A stretch of DNA of 62,136 bases, counting the filler, from Platydemus manokwari (taxonomy: Eukaryota): the NCBI GenBank assembly GCA_037951405.1. It is 5 parts of 5 records of this genome, joined end to end, with 100 filler letters (N's around TTAATTAATTAA, not from the genome) between each part and the next. Parts side by side here need not be neighbours in the genome. Positions count along the whole stretch, not along the records: positions 11,934 to 21,148 come from JBBMOY011281873.1; positions 21,249 to 32,112 come from JBBMOY011099996.1; 3 more parts are not named here. One strand, given 5' to 3'. Positions 14,480 to 27,000 of the stretch are shown piece after piece. Each line of letters begins with the position of its first letter. Position 1 is the first letter of the stretch. Both the position numbers and the translations under genes were made by a program. Under the pieces are notes generated by a model that had not been told where the DNA came from, did no database searches, and saw only the letters and a list, made by a program, of their open reading frames with translations.

Positions 14480-14900
14480 AAAACAATAATAAAAATGGTG
14501 AATCAAACACACAGTAGAATATTATTCGGTGTTGGCAAAAGAGTAATTACAATTACAAGAACATTCATTTATTACATGGATTGTAATGAAGTCATTTCCA
14601 AGGAATTATATCGTTCAATTTTTATTTCGTTTACTCAAGTGTTCTTAAAAATTGTTAATAAAACACTTGATTTTACTAAACTAACTTCTACAATTTAATT
14701 CTTGAGGCAGTTTTTACAGAGAAAATTGTTTTCCTCAACACATGTACTTGTTCAAGTTTTTAATGAATCTAAGGATTTCTTTCACTTTATTTTCGCAGAT
14801 GACTCAATGATAATATCCAACGAAAACTAATATCGTATCATATCGTTTATAAAACATTATTTGCTAGTAGTTTTAATATCAAAGCGATTATTAATTATAT
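14480..14900 (+). mobile_element. Degenerate LINE RT remnant
   Basis: att ttc gca gat gac tca = IFADDS, an RT catalytic-type motif near 14790. The surrounding frame is broken. Confidence 0.3.
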
Positions 14901-15557
14901 TCGATTTTCATTTCTATTGCCCAATGAAACTAGAACCAGCCGTTGGATTAAACATTTTATAGTCACCTTCAAAGTTAGTTGAATACTCAACCATTCATCT
15001 TGTTTCGACAACATCTAATTTTTCAAAAATTAAAACCACGGTCTATAAATACATTAATGAAACTTTAATGTATTCTTTATATTTAGTCGAATAGATAAAA
15101 TTATTGAATTCTAATAAATCCATTCAAATTCTTTCCATGAATAATTGCTTTCAAATTTTTCAGTAACTATAACAAGACAACAAAATCCAATAAAGATGAA
15201 TTTAGTCCTGAAAATCAGACTTTATTGGAAAATCCTTTCGATAAAAATGAAATGATAATGTTTTTAGAGAAATTTGTTAACAATCCATTCCAAACACGAT
15301 CTATATAAAGTTTGATAATAAATATATGAAATAAAATTGAAAGTCATCTTTTGAATTTATTATTTAAAATTGCTAGAGCTAAGGAAATTAGTAGATGATG
15401 TTTATTGGCATTTTCTACAAGATTGCACCACAGGTGTAAAATTATTTAATTTCGAGATATGACCAACAATAAAAGATAAAAATTAATATCAGTAATAATA
15501 ATAATAAATATCCAACTCAAATGAATAACAAATTCGGTTAAATATCATTAATTTGAG

Positions 15558-15670
15558 CTACTCATTTTCTTCCGGTTCACTAAGTTCTGATGAGCTTGTA
15601 TCATCGAAGTCATCGTAATTTTGCATTAAATTTTTCAAAATTTTCCCTGTGGCAAATTTCTGGACATAAT
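15558..15670 (-). CDS. UBE2H: Terminal exon of ubiquitin-conjugating enzyme E2 H-like gene (xYVQKFATGKILKNLMQNYDDFDDTSSSELSEPEENE*)
   Basis: ttttccag acceptor in phase 1, open to TAG. Matches the UBE2H C-terminus EYIQKYATEEALK plus its acidic Ser-rich tail. Upstream exons not found in the window. Confidence 0.65.
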
Positions 15671-18339
15671 CTGGAAAATAAAGCGAAACGAAATTTAACC
15701 ACTGATCGATGCACAACGATTACGTCATGATATCTAATAAATATTGACAAACAATCGAAAAATATTTTTATTCAATACACAAACCAAATGTTTTATCAGT
15801 AAAAAAACATGACAATTTTTTCAAATCTCGGTTCTGTTGAAAACGAGAGAAAATTCAATGCCAATATATTTCACAAATATATTTCACAACACAGTTTTAA
15901 TTGATAGATAAATATTTTTTGAAACAAACAATAAAAATCGATAATTTTTCTCGATAAAAGACCAAATCCAACATTACGAAACAGAATCGTGGCTCAGACG
16001 GCTTATTTGCGCATGATAAAGTTAAGCATAATTCTTGTCATTTTGGAGAGAGATACAGATGGTTCAAATATCATTGAAATTTTTTATATAAATTTACATC
16101 AACCCGTGGTAATTTGACATACAATTTATTGTATACAATAGAGTTGGATTCATACAACATATAAATCGAATCTTTATAAAACAACATTGAGATCGATAAC
16201 TTGTGATTTCAATATAAACAAGGGTTCGAACCTTATTTATTGGACAATATTTTCAGTTAATTGAATCTATCTGTCAAACAATTTAAACAACGATAATTCA
16301 GAAGTGGGAATGAATAGATAAAATGAAATCATGGAAAATCAAGTAACGGATTTATTTCGATAATTGGTTTGAAAAACCAGCCTGAGATCAAATTGATAAT
16401 AATTCATTCGAATTTATTATCACTCTTACTGATTTAAAGAACTAAAACCTAATCAGGATTCATAGTGGTTCGAGCTCAATTACTTATCCAGAATCGTTAA
16501 AAATACTCCACTTAACTTTTAATCAGAGATCTCTCATAATTTTACATGAATTGTTTCGATGTGGTTGTGGTTGTTATTCTATAGATTATAAAGCTACCAG
16601 AATGATGAAGTTTATTCCAATAGAAAAGTCGTATTTAATCAACAGAGGCCTTTATGCAGATTTGATATTATATCAAATATTGTATTAGTTAAATTAGCTA
16701 TTGTTTTCTCATTCTATATAAATCGTATTAAAATTTTTTATTTTTTATTATATTCTCTTTTAGCTTATTTGTATTACTAACTCAAAGGAGTAGTTCAGGA
16801 GTTTTGATTTTTTATTAAATAAATATTTATTATTAATATTGAATCTTCTATTTTCCCAATACATTCAAGGAGTAAATTATTAGAAACACAACAAACTATG
16901 GAATTTAAAATGTGAAAAATTTTGTGTAAGATTTCTTATAAAACCGGGTTATCAAAATACTTATTAATGAGTTGACTTATTTTTCATTGTGATAAAATAA
17001 GAGAAAATACATAATTATTCCATTACTTATCGATGTAGACATCGACACTACATTTATTAAAATGGGTTGGTAAGCTGATGAACTCTAAATATCCATAAAT
17101 TAATCAATTACCAAACGTGTCATAGTTGAAACAATTTTCTCCCGAAGAAAAAGTTGCCAACTTATCGAACAAGTTTAATCCTTTATTAAACAATCAAAGC
17201 AACACATATTGCTGACACAGTAAAAAATATTTATCAAAAATAGGCACAAAATATTGATATCAATTCCAGAGTGATAAAATGAGATGAACAATTTTAATAC
17301 CGTCTCTCTTTATGGAATCAAACCATCAAAACAAAAATAATTTAACACACCTAACACATTAGTAATAATAATTAAAATTTGTTCTATAATATCATAATTT
17401 CTTGATTGAGAGAAGGGATTTAAATGAATATAAATTTCAAAAAATAACAAAAAACAACAAAAAATTCAATTCGATTACCAAGATTTTAATTCCAGTAAAA
17501 TTATATGGATATTTGCGATCATATATTAATTTTCTGAATATTGATTTTGCTTGTCTTGACGCCGTGTTTCGATAAATTTTAATCTTTCATAACACAAGCA
17601 ATTACACAAACTCATTTAACCAAAGTAGAAATGGGATACATTAGTTTTCAGTTACTACATTGGGAACAGAACAAGTCGAACTTACTTACAGTCGAATTTG
17701 TTTAATATAGTGTCGATAAAATTAATTTCAAAAACATATTTAAAATACTCAATGTTTGAAATTCAACTAAATCACGCATACACGCGTGCAGTAACATTTT
17801 CCAAAAGTAAATTTTCATTGGAGAAAATGAATGCAACGAGTGAGATAGTTTTTGAAGAGCCCTGTGATTGATAGTTGACTGTATTATGTTAAAATTTGAT
17901 ATTGGAAATGAATTTCAGAAGTTCATAAACAATTTTTAATCACACATAGTATTGGCATAAATTCAGATGTTATTTTCGAAATTATTTAAAACAATATTTC
18001 AATTTTCACGTTTCTCTTTATTTAAAATTTTTGATTGTTTTCATGTATTCCTGTTATATAATTCTTTATTTATTCTCTATATAAATATTCTCTACATTCT
18101 CAGTATTTATTTATTCAAATCTAGTTCTTAATTTTTTATCACAATTTATATTCCTTTCTATATAACATAACATTTATGTTATCACTCAATCTGTTTTGAT
18201 CAAAATAAACAGTATTGTGCCGACCAACATCATCGGATTAGGTTTTAGGTGCTCTCCATTTTGTTTCTCTCCGCTTTGGTTTCCAAACTCCACAAAATGT
18301 CACCACTGTAGAGGAAGGTCTGTTGTAATTTATATTGAT

Positions 18340-18740
18340 CTTTGTGCAAAGTTTATTGCGAGCAGAATAAGCAGTATACTGGCAATTGTTGCATTCGATT
18401 ATTGTTGGGACAATTCGTAGAAATGTGTCCTAATTAATGGTAACTACAACTTATTTCGTTTCCTTTTCTATTTGACTGACGTCTAGTATTCTATTTGATT
18501 TTATTATTGATCATCAAAATATCTGATTTTTATGATGCTGGATTTCCTGACATCTCGAACTTCATCCGATTTTATAATCAATTATTTTATTTCAGGATTT
18601 TGATTTCTTTAAATAATTTGACATTTTTTCTAACAGTGTATTTGAAGTATTTGATTAATTGTTCTATTTTATCGAGGAACACATTCACTGAATCAAATTT
18701 CCTTCGATATTTGAATGGCTTGATCCTATCTTGTTAAGTG
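18340..18740 (-). mobile_element. Degenerate retrotransposon gag remnant
   Basis: Minus strand gives zinc-knuckle-like LGHISTNCP and CNNCQ segments with frameshifts. Confidence 0.4.
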
Positions 18741-19146
18741 TGATCATTATCTTCATATACAATAGTATGGTGAGTCATTGTTTCATATTTTGCCATCGAA
18801 TAATGGTCAAGTAGTGTAATTATTGAAACGTTGCGTATTTGTTTGCAAATAATTCAGACTGCTTTTGATAAATTATTCGGTATTTTCACTTCTTTTAAAT
18901 AATTTTAGCATTAAAATAACCAGAATTGTACCCAAATGTGCGGTTATTTATGCACGGTAAAGTATTGTGTGAGGATTTATAATAGATTGATATTTTAAAA
19001 ATTTTATAATCAAATTTAAAATATTTATTTGTCGAATGATTGGAATTCGTTTTCAATGCGAGCCTTATAAAAAAGTAGCTGCTCACATATTGTATTGAAT
19101 ATTTAAATAAATTATTCAAAGTTTGTGATGTTTAATTCGAATTTTG

Positions 19147-19750
19147 GGCTTAAGTTAAAAAAACGCTCCTTTGACCTACTTTCGTAATAATGAATTTTCG
19201 CGCATGAGATAATTTTATAACTTAATTTTGTATATAATTACGTTTGATTTATTCGTATAATTAAGTTAATATCTCACTTTTATGATGTCTAATAGTGACA
19301 AAGCATATTTTTAAACCAAGTTCCCATTCTATTTACAACACTTCTATATGATTATTTGAGTTTTCAAATTTAAATTTTTATAATTATAAATCGAGTTAGT
19401 TAACTACAAACATGTTTAATAATATCATTGTTTATTTTTATAAAATAATTGTAAAAATTGAGAATATCTTTCAATTTCCTTCTAATGTTAAAAAAGGGTC
19501 CTCGCTGATTTTCAACAAATTACAATTCGACCTTCTTTGATGCGTTTATCAAATAATCCAATTTTAAGAGATTTTCAAAACTCTAGTCTATTTAATATTT
19601 GATTTCAAACAATTCAAAATCTTCTTAAGTATTCGAATAAAAAATTCAAAAGGTTTTTAAAGAATATAATTAAATAATCTATATAGAATTTTGCAATACA
19701 CTCAACAAATTTAACATTTCATTTTAGAACCCCTTTTTATTTTAACCTAA
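19147..19750 (+). repeat. MITE family A, copy 2 (~600 bp, GG-initiated imperfect TIR)
   Basis: Full-length collinear match to 49100-49695. The 5' end GGCTTAAGTTAAAAAAACGCTCCT is the imperfect inverse of the copy 1 3' end. Confidence 0.85.
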
Positions 19751-21075
19751 CTTTGATCACAGACAGTTTTAGTTAAGTCATAAGCACATTCCGTCATAAT
19801 ATTTATTTGAAAAACTGCACTAAAGCGCCAATCAATTATTTAAACAAACACCACGTGTTTATTTATTTAATCACGTTACTCGCCACCTCTTAATGCCCGC
19901 TCCACCGTTTCAGCCACTCTAATCGTCTGGATTTTATCGCATGAGGGAATTGAATCTACACTTCTCTGTCTGACTTGAATCTGCTAATTTGATAGGGGCC
20001 TTCGTACTGGTATCCATTCTTCTTCCTCTTATGAGAATCTACGCGAGCCAACACTTTCTTTCCCACCTGAAAAGCTCGACCAGTTCTTTTTCTCCTGTCT
20101 CAGTTAGACATTATGTCGGCTGAACTTTAGAATTTTCTCTAGCTGCTGCTGCAATACCACCTCGAGTTTGGTCCTTGTGACTCACAACTGTATGAACATT
20201 AATCTTCATAACTGTTATCATAACTCGTACCGTACTGATGACTCTTTCTGCTAGCTCGTTCGATTGATGCTGGTATGGTGAGCTGAGTCCTTGTTCGATA
20301 TCCAACTTGAAACACGTCTTCCCTCATAAATTTGTCTCCAAATTGTTTACCGTTATCAGATAGAATGCTCTTTGGGTTTCACAAAACGATGAATTCACGA
20401 GTTCAGAATGACCTGGAAGATTGTCTTTTCGTCTTGCTTAGATGTAGCAGTGAGGCTCACTAGCTTGCTGAATCCGTCGATAATGACTACTAGGTACTTC
20501 TTGCTACTATGTATCGTGTCCATTTGGGCAAAGTCCACCACGATTTGCTCTTAAACCTCAGAACCTAACCGAGGGAGCAGAAACTCCTTAGTTCTGGATT
20601 GATCAATCTTTCTCTTTGCACATATAATACATTTTTTCACTATCTCGTTGACGGTGTTGGGCATGTCTGACCAATAAAAACTGTCGTACAAATATGCGAA
20701 GATTTTCTTTGAGCCTAAGTGGCAGAGCTTCTCATGAATTGTCTTGACAAATTGAGCGACAAAATCTTTCTGTGTCATAGCAGCCAAACCTTTTACTTTC
20801 TCCAGCATGAGCGTATTTTCGACAACTTCCAGCTTATCTTTAATTCTCAGAAGTGAAAATTTATTCCAGAATTCGACGCTAGTTAGAGTTATTTCACCAT
20901 TTAGAAATCTGAATGTCTCCATTATTTCTGCATCTTTATGCTGCACTTCTTTTATTTTCTGCATTATCTGCGATTTTATTTGTATTTGGGCTAAATATTT
21001 GGTTTTTGGCTTCTCCGTCCTTGCTTTATCGTGTCTCGTCTTGCACTGGGAACATAGAAAATCCATCTGCGTTGC
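19751..21075 (-). mobile_element. Ty3/Gypsy LTR retrotransposon, 3' portion (integrase, PPT-like tract, candidate 3' LTR), frameshifted
   Basis: HHCC zinc domain IHEKLCHLG...CIIC; core KYLVVIIDGFSKLV, SILSDNGKQF and SSPYQHQSNELAERVI; YEGPYQI; ends RRLEWLKRWSGH* at 19890, followed by purine-rich GAGGTGGCG. Confidence 0.9.
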
Positions 21076-21148
21076 TATTAGGTGTATAACCTTAAAATTT
21101 CGGTTTTTTTTGAAAAATATTTATTTATTTAAAGTACATTTTGCATAG
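21076..21148 (+). mobile_element. Mariner-type element end inserted at TA in Gypsy pol; runs into the gap
   Basis: TA-TTAGGTGTATAACCTTAAAATTTCGGTT resembles the Mos1-type TIR pattern AGGTGTA...AAT.TCGGTT. 71 nt identical in reverse complement to 42940-43010. Confidence 0.8.
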
Positions 21149-21248
21149 NNNNNNNNNNNNNNNNNNNNNNNNNNNNNNNNNNNNNNNNNNNNTTAATTAA
21201 TTAANNNNNNNNNNNNNNNNNNNNNNNNNNNNNNNNNNNNNNNNNNNN
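21149..21248. other. Artificial assembly spacer
   Basis: N44-TTAATTAATTAA-N44. Confidence 0.95.
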
Positions 21249-22469
21249 TGAAATAAGTTTGAAACAATATATGATAACATAGAATTCAATTGTATAAGTA
21301 GAGTACTCTCAAGATAAAAGTAAAGGACTTGGTGCCTAGATGCTCGAAGAAGACTCTTTATTAAAAAGATAGGGAACATAAGGATAGAAAAACCCACGGG
21401 TTTGCAATTAATTATTACAACAAAAATTTATTTATTTGAATAAAATTATCTTCTGAATAATTTGGATTAAACAATAAATAAAATTCATAGGGAAATGAAT
21501 AAGGAAATAATAAAATTCTTTCAAATGAATGTAGTTCATAATTTTCGTAATATTTTGTGCGTTAAATATTGATCCAAAATCATTGTGCTAATGTCACTTT
21601 CATATACTGTTTCATAATTCAAGTCCCTATTTTTAGTAACATTCTTTGTTTCGTATCATGTTTTACTATTTTCGGTGTCTGTTATGTATGAATTACTATT
21701 TTTTAAGTAAATTAATACTATCAAACAAATTTAAAAATTTTACGTCGTTTAATTTTGCTTATATTTCAAAAAGTTTTCGCACCTATCATTTATAATTATT
21801 TTATTGCTCAGATAGATCAGATAGTTGCCTCAAATTTCGTCTTTAGTTTTTTAATTAACAAACGTATTTTCTCCAGAACAAAATAATATGTTTTCAATAC
21901 ATCCATTTAAAAAATTTGAAATTTATTTCCATCTGATTTTTTTTCTTTTTGAAATTAAATAAATAAGCTCATATTTTTATATTACAACTTTATTTTTTAT
22001 GCAAAATTACTTATAGTAATTTTAAGAATTTCTTGAAATTTAGTGTGAACAGTAATTTTTGTAAGATCATTTTATAAATATCAATATGGTATGTTTATTT
22101 TTAATATAATTTTTTATATTTATTTATACTAACTGACAATTATTATTTATATGTATTTGCATTTGATTCCTTTAGAGTCAGGTGTCTCAACTAAATATTC
22201 CAAAGCTATACTAACTTTGTTCGATAATTCGTTTCACATGATTAAAATATGTTTAAAAGCACGTTTGAAGATACATAAATGAGTAAGACCAACTGACAAC
22301 AATTGAAAGAATTAAATAACTACGACTTAACATTAATATTTTTAATTTCAGTGTATAGTCGCATTAAGTCTTGACAATTAAAAATTGTAAAATAAAGTTA
22401 TTAGTGTCCTTAAATAGTCACGATATTTGAATTTTAATCATTATAATTGTGATATTATAAATTTATTTA

Positions 22470-24089
22470 TTATAAATTAAATTAAAAATAAACATGACTA
22501 TTCCTCATTACCCACTTATTTGCAATTAATCAATTTGAAGAAATTATCGAAATAAAAAATGTCCATGAAGCGTGGTCAACTCTCATGAAAATGTCTTCGT
22601 TGTACTTGATTGTCTTATGTCTATGGCTACAAGTCTTCATCTTAAATTTAATCGCGATCAGTGTACATTGAGTATTTTAACCTCAGCATAAGCGTCAACT
22701 AGACAATTACCTTCCTGACTTGGAATTTGCCGAGAAGATTAGGGCTATAACTAAAAAATCTGTGATGTATTTATGCTCCAGTCTTTCATCAATAGCTTTA
22801 TCTATAATTCGAGAAAAGAAGAGGGTTTGGGAATACTATGTCTAGAAGTTAATAATCAGGAAGAACAAGAGGAAAATGACTTTCCTAATGGATATGAAAG
22901 TGCCTGGGAATGAAAAGCTTAAATTTCCTCAAAATAGTGAGAACAATATGGCAAAATATAATGCGGTACGTGAAATCCTAGTTTCTAGGAATGATTGATG
23001 TCATCAATATTGTATGCTTGGGAATGCGGAAATCCAATATTGATTAGACGTTACACAAACTTGGGCTAACACCTAGGTCTGTATCGGACGTATCCCACCT
23101 GTTAATCGTCTCAATAGTCAAAGAGTCTCTCCATATATATCTCAAATCACTGATAGACCCTTTGAATCGTTAATAACACCTTGTCCATTGGACCTTAATC
23201 AGAACCAGGTAGTTTTCCTGTAACTGTTTCATGAATTTGTAAACAGTCCTTTCTTCATTTTTTTCTGTTCATGTCTTTTCTTTTCTTTTCCTCCCTTCAG
23301 GATCTGATCTTAAAAACTGGTAAAACATGTAAAATTACTGTTCATATTTTACACATGACTTTAATTTCACAACATCACTGGATATTTTCTTGTAAGACTG
23401 GTCTTTGTTTGAAACATAGGATTCATTAGATTGGATTGAGATTTAGTTATTTATATTGTGAATATAGACTTTCGGGTTGTGTTATATTTTTTCATGTTTC
23501 TATTGTTGTTTTATATTTTCATGACTTTGTACACCAGTTGTAGGGTTTTAGATTGGCTTTTTATTAGTTATGAGGCGGTCTTTCTTTTTTCAATGTATAA
23601 AGATCGTGGTTAGTATGACCATTACTCTAATAGGGAAATTATCTAGTTTAACTCGACTTTTTAGATATTGAGAACGTTGTCCCAGTTTAAACATGTTCAT
23701 CATTGTCTTTCCCCTTATATGTATATTTGGCATTTTATTTCGAGACATTTTGGTATCTGATACACAGAATTTATTGTGTACTTCAATCAGAGGCAAGATC
23801 GATGACTGAATGTGGAATTTATTGACCACCAGCTTCGCTGATGTTAGTGAGCTGACACACAATTTGATTGTATATGACCTCGTCTCTATGGCAGTATAAG
23901 AAGGCCAACTCATACAACCTAACAAAAAGTATCAAGCCGATAAGGGAAATAAGTCAATTTTTGAAATTAATAAATCTTTTTAAAACCAATACTTTTATAA
24001 TTAAATTAAATCTGATTAAAAAATAAAAATAACTATTCTTTATTACTCACTTGCAATTAATCGATTTGAAGAAATTATCAAAATAAAAA
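22470..24089 (-). mobile_element. Old, internally deleted LTR-retroelement remnant bounded by ~90 bp imperfect direct repeats
   Basis: Direct repeats at ~22470-22558 and ~24000-24089 (actatt...ttgcaattaatc.atttgaagaaattatc.aaataaaaa). Internal zinc-knuckle-like YCH..GHIQSNC and RT-like QGVINDSK fragments. Confidence 0.45.
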
Positions 24090-27000
24090 GTCGGGCTAAT
24101 ATAAATATTTAAGTTCCATTTAAAACTGTGTTTTGATAAATTTTATTAACTTTAAGTAGAAGCTAAAAAGTTAAGTTAAAAATTTTATTTGCAACATTCA
24201 CATTGGCCTTGTTCCGATTTTCTGGTCCTGAAAATACGAGATAGTTTCATTGTAAAAAAGTATTTTTTTAAATAAAAACAATGACTTTAATTATATTCTA
24301 CTCTATTATAATGATCGAAGATGAAAACAGTAATGAAACATGTTTTAAAATAATCTTTAAACCAATTTTTATTCTAATCAGAGTCCACTTTGAAAATATA
24401 TGATTAAATTCAAATAAAATCCAATTTGTTCGTAACGAGAGCAATTATAAGAAACATGAAAATATAATATGAACAATTCTAACCTTATAATTACTCTGTA
24501 GATTTATTCTTAGTCAGACTGGTGTGGCAGAGTAAACATGAAGAGATCTGATTCTGACCATGAGCCAAATTATTCACAAAACGTAATTATCTACATTAGA
24601 AATGTGGACACCATTTCCAGATTACAAATATACATTTCCGATTGTCAGTAATTTTATTTTCTGAACTTATTTACTGACAAAAGTTGTGATAGTAATATAA
24701 ATTTATCATGCAGAAAATATCTTTTATTACCACTTGTCAATTGAGATAATTCGGGAAAGAAAGTTGTGAAAATTATAATAATAAAAACCTGTAGTGAAAA
24801 TTGTAACCCGCTACTATTTTATAAAACACGCATTGAAAAGTAAACGAGAGATAACGACATTATAAATATATATATAAAACAATATAATTTTATATAAACT
24901 CTGAATTAAATCTTTAAGAATTCTAACATCCCTTTGCCTTGAAATCTTTGATTTTATGAGGTTTCTAAGAATCAAGAAGTTCGGCAAAGTTTGAAGAACT
25001 TAAATAAATCATGATAGCGAAATATTATCTGATAAAATACAAATAAATTGAGATCCAATATTTTGTATTTCATCTCAACAAATGGAAATTGGGTTATCAT
25101 TTTCATTCCTTTCAGCTCCAAATTTATCGACATAATAAACATAAACAGCACTGCAGCCTGCACATACACGCTCAATTGCTGATTCTCTCTTCATGATTGT
25201 TAAATAAAATATTCCTTCTATCAAAATTCAAAATTCACAACCCCTTAACAAACATCAGGAGGTTTGGAACTATTTTAGTGCAATTGCAATAATTTATTGT
25301 TTGGTGAATTTCTTGAATCGAGTTCTTAGCAAATGTTATTCGTTTAATATTCACCTTTGTCACAACTGCGATCTTAACCTGAACAACAATGATATATTAA
25401 ATCTTTATAGTTTCATCATGACGTTACTGATAATATATTATCATAATAATCGATAAAAAGATTTTGATTGTGATTTAAGGTGGTTCTTCTGAATGGCAAC
25501 ATGCTGAAATCTGACTTCATATTACCATGTGAAAGAGACACATTGTCTTCTAGCAACTCGTTGAGATGTTTAATTACAAATTTATCAAAACTAAAAATGG
25601 TTTCCTTATGAGAATCACAATGCACATGTTAAATTGATTAATAAGAGATTCAGGCACAAATTGTCTTCCAGGTAATATCATTATCGATGACAGTAAAATT
25701 ATAATGTAAATAATAAAGTACAAAACGTGATTTAGGCCCAGATGCTGGAAATACACTGAAACATAATGTTTTATTAATCTAAAGCAGTAGTCTAAAACTT
25801 GACTATGTCTACTCTGAATCTCAGTCCAGTAGAAACTTTGATATTAAGCATTGATGGATTTCATAAGTCATGTTTATCGACACAGAATTAAAATGACTTA
25901 TATATGTGTGATAAAAATCTCGAACGACTTGCATTATAAATTTTAGTGAAAATCTTACGTTAGCTTGACTAACTAACTTAAATATGGTGGGGACTTTGTC
26001 ACTTCAGAATGCGAAGATTCAAATTCACTAATATTTATGATTTTTATGAGTGAATCGTACCTATTATTTTTTAAAGTTCGAATATATCTCCTGGTATTTC
26101 TCCATCTTATTTTGTCGGTAAGCTTAAAAGCATCACAATTATTACATATGACCGTACAGTTATATAGATTTCAGGAAGTTAAATACAGAATCCTACATCC
26201 AATCTTTTGGTTCATAGAAACTGAAATATAGAATATAGAAACACATTGTGTCTCACACTTGTAAGCACTGGTAAACCTAAGAAATTTATGAAGATATTTT
26301 CTGCAGTGTCATCAGTTGTATCGCACTTTGGTAATACTGTTGCAGTTCATAACTGAAAGTCTAGAAGTTATTACTAGCACTTTAAAAAATGCCAAAAGGA
26401 TTGATTAAATTCTGTGGTCTTTTGCAGGTTTATTATAATGATTTGAATGTGAAATAGAATTTGCTAACATATCTTAATGGACGTCATTTAACCATTTTAA
26501 AAATCGAATAAATTTGCCGTCTATTATTGTACAGAAAAAGTATTGTGTACTAGATTTAATCCCCATTTAAAGTATTTCAACAAAAACACGGATTCTTCTT
26601 GTTTTATTAAATTTTTACCATTCTAAAGGACTTTGGACGAAAAGAAACAGAAATGTTGTAGTTCACCCACTAGCACGCTTTATTCTTCTTTAAAGAATTT
26701 AAGTGTGAGAAATCACAATATTTCTGAAAGGCAAGACATTACTGTTGAGTAATCTATAACTACCAACAATGTTAGGTGCAAAGTATTCCAGGATTAGTTC
26801 CATATTATCAACAAAGTCTATAAAGAATAATTTTCATAAAAATAATTTTTATAAAATCCGTGTAAAAGTTGCATGTTCGGTGATTGATATTCATGAGAAA
26901 ATCTAAAACATAAAATTTTGATCTTGCAACTTCTCAAACGAATGAATAGATTTACAAATGCATGGATTTTCTGAGCCGGATGATGTTTATAAGCAGCAGA

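Noticed and set aside
16220-16235. aagggttcgaacctt T-arm-like hairpin (tRNA/SINE)
   Set aside because: No D-arm, anticodon arm or acceptor stem nearby.
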